Below the pieces are notes generated by a model. The model worked only from the letters and a program-made list of their open reading frames with translations. It did not search any database and was not told where the DNA came from. A program made the translations under genes and the position numbers. Positions 9,248 to 16,297 of a stretch of 30,155 bases of DNA are shown in pieces (within the stretch, counting starts at the first letter, position 1; each line of letters starts with the position of its first letter). This stretch comes from a virus (taxonomy: Duplodnaviria > Caudoviricetes): positions 1 through 30,155 of IMG/VR virus record IMGVR_UViG_3300033562_000743. One strand, 5' to 3'.

Positions 9248-9673
9248 TCACTCATAATCATCCATCGTCAATTGTAATATGCACTCTTCATCCCCAGATT
9301 CACTTTGACCAAGATATATGCAACGACTCTCTACTATATACACGTAACTATCATCAGGAATTGGTGTATGTTTTATTAAAAGATCTTCAGCCCATTTCAA
9401 TAACAAACTGAAATTACTTATATCAAATCTCTTACTTGATTTACCCTTATAGAATCCCAAGCTGATACGGTACTTTGCCTCATTTACATGTGCAAATATT
9501 TTGTTATGATATGCATCAGCAATAATGGGTTCAGTAACTTTCAACCATACTGTATGAGCACCCTGATATTTCTTCCATCCACCTAATAAATAATTAGCAC
9601 TTAGTTTTCTTGTGGACTTGCCTACTTTAATACTATGGGGGATAATTGCTTTTAATAGTAATTTATGTCGCAT
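9248..9673 (-). CDS. rusA: RusA-like Holliday junction resolvase
   Basis: RFDISNFSLLLKWAEDLL...IPDDSYV matches the RusA motif DxDNxxKxxxDxL...DDxxV. Confidence 0.75.
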   Translation of the reverse strand: MRHKLLLKAIIPHSIKVGKSTRKLSANYLLGGWKKYQGAHTVWLKVTEPIIADAYHNKIFAHVNEAKYRISLGFYKGKSSKRFDISNFSLLLKWAEDLLIKHTPIPDDSYVYIVESRCIYLGQSESGDEECILQLTMDDYE

Positions 9674-9685
9674 GATGATATTGTG

Positions 9686-9710
9686 TTTATGATCTAATAT
9701 AGATCATAAA
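9686..9710. repeat. Perfect 11-bp inverted repeat upstream of rusA
   Basis: TTTATGATCTA-ATA-TAGATCATAAA. Confidence 0.9.
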
Positions 9711-9749
9711 TTATGTTATCTTATATATAAAGATATATCGAAATATGTT

Positions 9750-10150
9750 ATTTGAGAATATTTATTTTGTTACATGAAAACCACATTTACATGGACAGGG
9801 ATAAATCATCATTTTCACTCCTCTCTACTATTATTTCTATACATATAATACAGTTGTTTTTTTTTCTTCTTTTTTTTTCTACTATAACCTTCTCAACAAG
9901 GGGTAGACATGGTTCCCAGTGTGTGTTAAAATGGCGAAAATCAATCAAAAACGCCAATAAATAGCACTTTTTTTGGACAGGGGTACTGTGTCCAGTCGTG
10001 GAAAGGAGTTCCCACTTATATAACACAAAAAACTAAAAAAGTGGCTAAATTCAATCAAAAACAGCGATTTGCTACAGGCAGGGTTATTTCAAACACTGTG
10101 TCCAGTGGGTTCCCAATATTTTATAAAAATAAAAAATATTGTATATATAG
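9750..10150. other. Putative replication origin region
   Basis: This is the largest non-coding gap and sits at the strand divergence. It has a pyrimidine/T tract at about 9857-9880, TCAATCAAAAAC at 9941 and 10051, ACTGTGTCCAGT at 9985 and 10095 (both 110 bp apart), and GTTCCCA three times. Confidence 0.6.
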
Positions 10151-10179
10151 TTGACATGATTCCCATAAAAATATATATT
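10151..10179 (+). promoter_or_regulatory. Strong sigma70-type early promoter
   Basis: TTGACA-N17-TATATT with upstream A tracts and a downstream AGGAG RBS. Confidence 0.85.
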
Positions 10180-10203
10180 TAATAAAAAATAGGAGATAGA
10201 TAT

Positions 10204-10725
10204 ATGTCAGTAGTTTGGTGGGAAAAAATTGAAGGTGTAAAGAATATAGAGATTTCAACTGAAGGTAAACTTAGGAATTCCAATACACAAAAATTAATAA
10301 CTCCTCGTGTTATTAATGGATATAAAGAGTTCACTGGTATTAGCACTAGTACAGGAAATCCATGTACATATAAAGTACATATATGTGTTGCTAAAGCATT
10401 TAATAAAGTTGATAATATGGATTTTGATTACATTGTATTTAAGAATGGTGATAAATCAGATGCGTCATCAAATAATTTAGCATGGGTATCTAAATATTGG
10501 GCGATGAATTATTATCGTAGAAATAATTACATTGATATGATACCAGATCATAGTAAAGATAGTAATAAAGTAGAGCAATATAGTAAAGATGGAATATTAA
10601 TATCAACATATAATTCATATGGAGAAGCATCAAGATGTATAGAAGGTGCTGATAAATCTAAGATATCTGAATGCTGTGCAGGTAAACGTAAAACACATAA
10701 AGGATTTATATGGAAACTAGCATAA
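10204..10725 (+). CDS. NUMOD4-HNH-NUMOD1 homing endonuclease-like protein with degenerate active site
   Basis: NUMOD4 WEKIEG..IEISTEGKLRN; HNH frame VHICVAKAF...IVFKNGDKSDASSNNLAWVS; C-terminal KVEQYSKDG...ISECCAGKRKTHKGFIWK. Confidence 0.85.
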   Translation: MSVVWWEKIEGVKNIEISTEGKLRNSNTQKLITPRVINGYKEFTGISTSTGNPCTYKVHICVAKAFNKVDNMDFDYIVFKNGDKSDASSNNLAWVSKYWAMNYYRRNNYIDMIPDHSKDSNKVEQYSKDGILISTYNSYGEASRCIEGADKSKISECCAGKRKTHKGFIWKLA

Positions 10726-10727
10726 CA

Positions 10728-10759
10728 TGCTCTCAAATGTTATATATAAAATGAGAGCA
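10728..10759. repeat. Inverted repeat after the HNH-like gene (possible terminator or processing hairpin)
   Basis: TGCTCTCA-N16-TGAGAGCA. Confidence 0.55.
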
Positions 10760-10786
10760 CTAATTTATTAAATTATAGAAAATATT

Positions 10787-10815
10787 TTGTAAGTATTACG
10801 AAATTAAACTATATT
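10787..10815 (+). promoter_or_regulatory. Sigma70-type promoter for the helicase-primase operon
   Basis: TTGTAA-N17-TATATT. Confidence 0.7.
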
Positions 10816-10819
10816 AGTA

Positions 10820-10922
10820 ATATTGGTCGAAAAGATGATGGAAGTCATGAGCCATCACCCTAAGTTTCCAAGGGCGACCCCTTATTTTTGGAAACATATG
10901 GCGAGAGCCGAGGAAATACATT
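10820..10922 (+). promoter_or_regulatory. Structured 5' leader of the helicase gene
   Basis: GC-rich island with hairpins TGATGG/CCATCA, GTTTCCAA/TTGGAAAC and GGC-GAGA-GCC immediately before the GAGGA RBS. Confidence 0.55.
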
Positions 10923-12833
10923 ATGATAGAAAATATAAATAAAATATACCAATTGTTAGTTAACAATGGATATTCCCTAAATAACAAAAATGCTATCCGT
11001 AAGAATAGCAATGTTATATTACCTGATGCTATTAAGAATCACATAGCACGAGTATTAAATGATATTGATTTAGCAGCAACTATTAATGATAGTAATGTAG
11101 CTGAAGTATATAACGGAATAGTAAATAAATTTAAATCAGCTATGTCTGAAGTAGAATCTAATGATGCTGAAAAGACAGTAGTAGATATTATGAAGTTCCT
11201 ACCTGATAGATATACTATTATGAATAGAAACATACATAATTTCTTCAAAGAGAACATTGTTTATGCTCGTGATGAAAATGGTACAGTATTAACTTTATCC
11301 AGAAAAGGTAATAAAGGAAATGTATGGCGCATAGTAAATGATCTATTAGCTGGTATAATGATGCACCATGACTTGGCTGGCTTCACTAAATTACATAATA
11401 ATACAATGCAATCTCCTATGCGTGGGTCAACTTATATGGTATGTAATGGAGATGGATCATCATTTGGAGTTAGAGATTGGAGTGGTGTAGTTGATATTGC
11501 TGTGGCTAAAGCCAAACGATTTGTTGATGAAAATACTGATACACATCAGATGCCACCAGATAATGCAATAAAGTTTTTAAAAACAGCTCGTACATTAGAT
11601 CCTAGAGAAGACCCAACTATCCTTCCAATAGTAGGTGCTACATGTGATCCTAAAGCCGTTGGTGGTTTTATAGCGACTCAATGGGAACGTGAGTCTGACT
11701 TATGTGTTCAAATGCCAGAAACTATTACTAACGATGAAACTAAACCAGCATTCTGTTATATAGACTTGAATTCATTTTCAAATGGTGCTACACCTGAATT
11801 TGATGGTTTTATGACATCAATTGACTCTGCTGTACGTGAAGTATTCATGGCTTGTATATATGCAAGTGTGTTCGATAAGGCACATCATTCCCTTGTTACA
11901 TGGCTTCATGGTGAAGGTTCCAATGGTAAATCACAATTCTTTTCAGCTATCAATGAGTACTTTGGTGGAACTCTAGTAGGATCTATGTCAACTAAATCAC
12001 TAGCAGGTGACTTTGGTTTGGAAGGACTTATCGGTAAAAGATTGATCATATGGGGTGACTGTCAGAATGGAAATGCTCTAAGTACTAACGAGGTACATGG
12101 TATTACTGGTGGTGACTTCATGAGTGTTAACCGTAAGAACAAACCAATCATTGACTACAAGTTCAACTCTGTTCTTTTCATTGGTGCTAATAAACCACCT
12201 GAGATCAAAATGAATGCTGTTAATGAAACACGAAGAGTATTATATGTTCCTATGCATGATCCTGATGTTGAAGTTATGCGTAAATATTGTGAATATGATG
12301 CAAAAACAGGTGAGATACTAAGACAATCAACAGGTCAACCAATATTTAAGTCATATGATCTTAAAGCTAAGTTAGTTGCTGAGATGCCACATATCATGTA
12401 TAAATGTAAAGAAATGTTCTTTAAATACTGTAAAGCACCGTATAATCAAATGACAGTACCACCAGAAGCATTTGAACTTATGGTAAATAAATGTGAAGGT
12501 GGACAGAATCTAGTATTTAATGATTTCATATCAACTAGAGTAACTGTCACTGGTGATAAAAATGATTATATCACAGCTAAAGACTTCAACAGTGAATATT
12601 TAGCTCATGTATATGGTGATAATGCTCGAAATCTTATACAGAAATATAATTATGAATTGTCCGACTTAAAGCGTTTCTTAACAACTGCCTTCAATAAAAT
12701 AGATTTTGAACGAAAGTACCTTGCTGGTAATAAAGTAAGTTGCTATACTGGGTTAAAATTTGGTGTCGCAGATACTAAGGAAGTAAAAATTGTAGGATTC
12801 AATAACGAGGATGAAAACAATGACTGGTGTTAA
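10923..12833 (+). CDS. SF3 DNA helicase (D5/P4-alpha-like)
   Basis: Walker A WLHGEGSNGKS, Walker B LIGKRLIIWGD, ITGGDFMSVNRKNK, sensor FIGANKPP and arginine finger ETRRV, with a winged-helix-like C-terminus. Confidence 0.9.
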   Translation: MIENINKIYQLLVNNGYSLNNKNAIRKNSNVILPDAIKNHIARVLNDIDLAATINDSNVAEVYNGIVNKFKSAMSEVESNDAEKTVVDIMKFLPDRYTIMNRNIHNFFKENIVYARDENGTVLTLSRKGNKGNVWRIVNDLLAGIMMHHDLAGFTKLHNNTMQSPMRGSTYMVCNGDGSSFGVRDWSGVVDIAVAKAKRFVDENTDTHQMPPDNAIKFLKTARTLDPREDPTILPIVGATCDPKAVGGFIATQWERESDLCVQMPETITNDETKPAFCYIDLNSFSNGATPEFDGFMTSIDSAVREVFMACIYASVFDKAHHSLVTWLHGEGSNGKSQFFSAINEYFGGTLVGSMSTKSLAGDFGLEGLIGKRLIIWGDCQNGNALSTNEVHGITGGDFMSVNRKNKPIIDYKFNSVLFIGANKPPEIKMNAVNETRRVLYVPMHDPDVEVMRKYCEYDAKTGEILRQSTGQPIFKSYDLKAKLVAEMPHIMYKCKEMFFKYCKAPYNQMTVPPEAFELMVNKCEGGQNLVFNDFISTRVTVTGDKNDYITAKDFNSEYLAHVYGDNARNLIQKYNYELSDLKRFLTTAFNKIDFERKYLAGNKVSCYTGLKFGVADTKEVKIVGFNNEDENNDWC

Positions 12834-13698
12834 AATACAAATAACGGAAAAGATTAAGTCAGGTGTTTGTAAAGAAGTAACCAAATCATGGAATGATATC
12901 TGTTCTATGGTTACTTCACCATACTCTCTTAAAGGCACTGAATCTAAGCTGTGGTCGTTCTACATACTCAAAGGACATATGGGTGAGTATGGTATGTTAG
13001 CTGGTAATAAGAATAATGTACATTCAGTCCTTGCTATGCAAATTGATTATGATGATGGTGTTACAACTATAGAAGCATTCTGTAATAAATTTAAAGATTA
13101 TACCTTTGTACTATATACTTCAAAGAGTCATAGCGATGCCTGTCATAAGTTCCGTGTTGTGATGCCATTAAAGAAGCCAGTGTTAGGTGAAGTATATGCT
13201 TCAAAAAGCTCACGTGAGCACCTTAAAACTATATTTACTGGATGTGACAAGACAACATTTGACGCTTGGCGTAAACAACGTATCCCTCATACATCAGATA
13301 AAACTATCAAGTATGAGTATATAATTAACAAAGGCATTTTTTATGAATTAGATGTTGAATTATTAACAAATTTATATATGCAAGATAGAACTAGATATAA
13401 TTCTACGTGTTTTGGATCTGTTTCCATTGACATTGATCCATTTAATTCTACATTAGAGGAGATTTATGAGGCTAATAAGCTGAAAGGTCTTATAGATTAC
13501 TATTCAAGTGAATTAAACTCTATTAATTGGCTTAAACGCAGTTCTGGTGAAGATGTACATGCTCGTAGCAGAAGATGTATATATGCCCTTAGAATGAATG
13601 GCTTGGGTAGTGACGAGGTATTCTCATTGGTTATGGGATACGCACCTAATCAATTGAGGAAAGAGATGTATGACTTAACGCATGGAGATATAAGATGA
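12820..13698 (+). CDS. Archaeo-eukaryotic primase (AEP) superfamily primase/primase-polymerase (start 12820 or 12811)
   Basis: Motif I QIDYDDG, motif II YTSKSH...KFRVVMPL, motif III GCDKTTFD. A GAGG RBS lies 9 nt before the ATG at 12820. Confidence 0.85.
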   Translation: MTGVKIQITEKIKSGVCKEVTKSWNDICSMVTSPYSLKGTESKLWSFYILKGHMGEYGMLAGNKNNVHSVLAMQIDYDDGVTTIEAFCNKFKDYTFVLYTSKSHSDACHKFRVVMPLKKPVLGEVYASKSSREHLKTIFTGCDKTTFDAWRKQRIPHTSDKTIKYEYIINKGIFYELDVELLTNLYMQDRTRYNSTCFGSVSIDIDPFNSTLEEIYEANKLKGLIDYYSSELNSINWLKRSSGEDVHARSRRCIYALRMNGLGSDEVFSLVMGYAPNQLRKEMYDLTHGDIR

Positions 13699-13751
13699 GA
13701 GAGTGGACATTAATCGATTATAAATTATTTTTAAAAAAAATAGAAAAAGAT

Positions 13752-13780
13752 TTGACAAATCTATGAAAATGACTTATATT
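13752..13780 (+). promoter_or_regulatory. Strong sigma70-type early promoter
   Basis: TTGACA-N17-TATATT with upstream A tracts. Confidence 0.85.
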
Positions 13781-13805
13781 TAATTATATGAACGGAGATA
13801 AAATT

Positions 13806-13991
13806 ATGAAAACAAAATTAAACTTAAAAAGAAAGACTGATGAAAAATTCAACGTAGGATTCCAGATGTATGAAAGTGATAAGGTGGCTTTTGAACAAAA
13901 GGCAAAGGCGCAAGGACTTTCATTCAGTGATGCACTAAGATCACTAGCTAATGACTACATTGACGGCAATATTGAAATAGTAACAAAATAA
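13806..13991 (+). CDS. Ribbon-helix-helix DNA-binding protein
   Basis: Strand FNVGFQM, helix ESDKVAFEQKAKAQG, then LSFSDALRSLANDYI. The GGAG RBS favours the ATG at 13806. Confidence 0.75.
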   Translation: MKTKLNLKRKTDEKFNVGFQMYESDKVAFEQKAKAQGLSFSDALRSLANDYIDGNIEIVTK

Positions 13992-14020
13992 TCACATAAA
14001 CAATATACAAGGAGTATAAC

Positions 14021-14656
14021 ATGAGTGATTTCGTAACAATCGATGAAACCCTTATCCCAGAAGGTGGAGAAGGCAACCGTGAACCATTAGCAGAAGGTGC
14101 TTACAATGCAACTTGTGTAGCTATGGTAACTGGATCTGGCACAAAATATCAAAGCACTGAGACTGAGCAAAAGGTTCGCATGGTGTTTGCTGTGGAAGAA
14201 GAAGGTAAAACTTATTTCTTACGCACTAATTGGATGAAACTGTCATTACATGATGGACAACCACAACCATCTGCACTTTGGCTCGTCTTATCTGCATGGA
14301 CTAATCAAAAGACAGCAAAGGCTCTTATCGCAAAAATGGGTAAGTTTGACTTGAAGTTCTTCATTGGTAAGCCTATTCAGCTTGGTGTAAAGATCAATGG
14401 CAAGTACAACAACATTGATTCATTCTATGCTCCTAAAAAGGGACAGACTGCTATCACAGTTGAAGAAATTCCTGAATTCTTGGTATCTGGCGATAAGAAA
14501 GTAACCGATGATGTAAAATACATTACTATCGAAGGTGCTAAAATTAAAGCTAAGAAAGTGAAAGAAGGTAATGTATATGTACCTACAGGTAAAGCTAGTG
14601 CTGATGCAGTTGCACTAGGACTTGATAAGGAAGATGGGGACTCGCTTCCATTTTAA
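14021..14656 (+). CDS. Phage single-stranded DNA-binding protein
   Basis: PLAEGAYNATCV N-terminal motif of phage OB-fold SSBs, acidic tail ending EDGDSLPF, strong AAGGAG RBS. Confidence 0.8.
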   Translation: MSDFVTIDETLIPEGGEGNREPLAEGAYNATCVAMVTGSGTKYQSTETEQKVRMVFAVEEEGKTYFLRTNWMKLSLHDGQPQPSALWLVLSAWTNQKTAKALIAKMGKFDLKFFIGKPIQLGVKINGKYNNIDSFYAPKKGQTAITVEEIPEFLVSGDKKVTDDVKYITIEGAKIKAKKVKEGNVYVPTGKASADAVALGLDKEDGDSLPF

Positions 14657-14678
14657 GTTAGCATGGGGGTAGCCCACT

Positions 14679-14709
14679 AGAGTCAAGGAACACAAACTTG
14701 GCTCTTTTT
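14679..14709 (+). terminator. Intrinsic terminator after SSB
   Basis: AGAGTCAAG-N9-CTTGGCTCT followed by a T run. Confidence 0.7.
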
Positions 14710-14845
14710 ATATCAAAAACCACTCTCACTTGGAATATTCACAACTATATTAATTATTTAAGTAAAAAAACTTATTTTTCTCTTAAAAAAAGATCTATAT
14801 TGTATTATAGAAAGGGAGAAACAAAACACCCTTCAAGGAAACAAT

Positions 14846-15226
14846 ATGAGTTATCAAGAACGTTGCAAAATAGTATCAGTAGCTAAGTCAAAATCATCCA
14901 ACAATTATTATGTTGTGTGTCAGTCATCCAAGTGCATTGATAATACCAATAGCCCATTTCATGGTCAAAAGAAGATGTATGTAATTACTGCTGATAAAAT
15001 GTATATGCAATCTTTACTAGCAATGTGGAAGTTTGAACGCTTGGGTAAGTTGATAGGTAAGCAGGTGATACTACGTCTAGAGAGCAATCCACACTCTTGT
15101 TTTGATAAGGTTACTGGTGTATGTAAAGACCAAACTTTTGCCTTTAGAGCAATACCTCAGAACATCCCAAAGTTTGTACTAGAAGACGCTGGTATTATTA
15201 TCAAAGGAGAGATGTATGACTGCTAA
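14846..15226 (+). CDS. Hypothetical early protein, 126 aa
   Basis: AAGGA RBS; first gene of a closely packed run of ORFs. Confidence 0.75.
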   Translation: MSYQERCKIVSVAKSKSSNNYYVVCQSSKCIDNTNSPFHGQKKMYVITADKMYMQSLLAMWKFERLGKLIGKQVILRLESNPHSCFDKVTGVCKDQTFAFRAIPQNIPKFVLEDAGIIIKGEMYDC

Positions 15227-15359
15227 GATGAAACGCCTAATAAAAGAAGCAACCTTCAGACTAAGTGAAGGTAGTAGCGAGGATTTGATGCTGGCTATCG
15301 AGATTGATAATGAGTTATATCGCAATAAAAGTTTTATGGAATTTTTAGAGGAGAATTAA
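15216..15359 (+). CDS. Small hypothetical protein, 47 aa (not in ORF track)
   Basis: MTAKMKRLIKEATFRLSEGSSEDLMLAIEIDNELYRNKSFMEFLEEN, with an AAGGAG RBS; fills the gap. Confidence 0.7.
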   Translation: MTAKMKRLIKEATFRLSEGSSEDLMLAIEIDNELYRNKSFMEFLEEN

Positions 15360-15361
15360 TT

Positions 15362-15520
15362 ATGCCAAAGAAAAATGATTATAAAAAGATGACAGTTACT
15401 TTACATCCGATACAGTATCAAGAAGTTATGGATGTGGCAACTGAAAAGAATGCAACTTATAGTGAAATTGTACGAGCTGCACTAAATATGTATCTAACAG
15501 AGCATGGAGAAACAAAATGA
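15362..15520 (+). CDS. Second ribbon-helix-helix (CopG-like) protein, 52 aa (not in ORF track)
   Basis: MPKKNDYKKMTVTLHPIQYQEVMDVATEKNATYSEIVRAALNMYLTEHGETK shows the alternating strand KMTVTL and the SEIVRAALxxYL helix. GAGGAG RBS. Confidence 0.8.
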   Translation: MPKKNDYKKMTVTLHPIQYQEVMDVATEKNATYSEIVRAALNMYLTEHGETK

Positions 15521-15741
15521 ACACTTATATCATACGAAAAGTTGGTACTAATGAGCCAACCAGCGTCAAGGCAAAGACCAAAGCTGAAGCGATAGTAAAG
15601 TACATGGACAAGTACTATGCTAGTTTCTATGGCCCACATATCATTGATAGTGGGTTCGAGATATATAGCATAAACGGAATCAAACTAAGTTTCATGATAT
15701 ATAGCATAAACGGAATCAAACTAAGTTTCATGATATCATAG
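15517..15741 (+). CDS. Hypothetical protein, 74 aa, with duplicated C-terminal 12-mer
   Basis: GGAG RBS, ATGA overlap, IYSINGIKLSFM twice. Confidence 0.7.
   Translation: MNTYIIRKVGTNEPTSVKAKTKAEAIVKYMDKYYASFYGPHIIDSGFEIYSINGIKLSFMIYSINGIKLSFMIS
15660..15736. repeat. Perfect 36-bp tandem duplication
   Basis: GATATATAGCATAAACGGAATCAAACTAAGTTTCAT occurs twice, followed by GATAT. Confidence 0.95.
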
Positions 15742-15757
15742 CAAATGAAAAATCCCA

Positions 15758-15786
15758 TTGACAACACCTATGGGATTTTCTATATT
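15758..15786 (+). promoter_or_regulatory. Strong sigma70-type promoter embedded in an inverted repeat
   Basis: TTGACA-N17-TATATT, overlapped by AAAATCCCAT (15749-15758) and ATGGGATTTT (15770-15779). Confidence 0.85.
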
Positions 15787-15842
15787 ATACATGTGTGAAA
15801 AAGAGAGTATATTACATACAACACTGAACAAAAGGATCAAAA

Positions 15843-16139
15843 ATGAAATACATTTCGTTTATCTTTGTTGCTCTACTCATGGTAGCCTGTTCTAATATTC
15901 AGGATGGCACTAGTTATGTTTCAAAAAAGACATCAGAAGCTCTCACCGAGGGTAGAAATTATAGGGAACAAGCATCCCATGCTAATTTACTCAGTCAGAC
16001 AGATAGTGTATGTAAATATATTGATGGTAATGGGAAACAGTTTGATGTTAGAAAAAAAGTAGTACGTAGTTATTACAGTTCACAACTACATAAAAACACA
16101 ACTGAATATTTTGATTGTAAGGACTCGATAGAACTATGA
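15843..16139 (+). CDS. Lipoprotein, candidate superinfection-exclusion factor
   Basis: Signal peptide MKYISFIFVALLMVA-C with a lipobox Cys16. AAGGA RBS. Confidence 0.75.
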   Translation: MKYISFIFVALLMVACSNIQDGTSYVSKKTSEALTEGRNYREQASHANLLSQTDSVCKYIDGNGKQFDVRKKVVRSYYSSQLHKNTTEYFDCKDSIEL

Positions 16140-16267
16140 AAGAATTACATTTGGATATACTATGCTTCTTGCGTGAGCAAAGTAAATGGAACAAAGAAGC
16201 ACAAGAACTATTTACTAGGCTGATGGATAAGACAGAAATGTATATTAAACACACTGAGAATAAATAA
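16136..16267 (+). CDS. Small hypothetical protein, 43 aa (not in ORF track)
   Basis: MKELHLDILCFLREQSKWNKEAQELFTRLMDKTEMYIKHTENK. ATGA overlap; ends at the terminator. Confidence 0.65.
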   Translation: MKELHLDILCFLREQSKWNKEAQELFTRLMDKTEMYIKHTENK

Positions 16268-16268
16268 C

Positions 16269-16297
16269 AAAAAAGCACCTTCATCGGGTGCTTTTCT
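16269..16297. terminator. Bidirectional intrinsic terminator between convergent arms
   Basis: AAAAAAGCACC-TTCATCG-GGTGCTTTTCT. Confidence 0.9.

Noticed and set aside
9752-10026. ORFs 9752..9964 (+) and 9787..10026 (-)
   Set aside because: They have non-ATG starts, no convincing RBS and low-complexity translations of homopolymer tracts. The region looks like a non-coding origin.
14698-14886. 62-aa ORF after SSB
   Set aside because: It starts with TTG inside the terminator stem and spans an AT-rich intergenic region.
15660-15736. 36-bp repeat as a CRISPR mini-array
   Set aside because: The copies are directly adjacent with no spacer, lie in frame within a CDS, and no cas genes are present.
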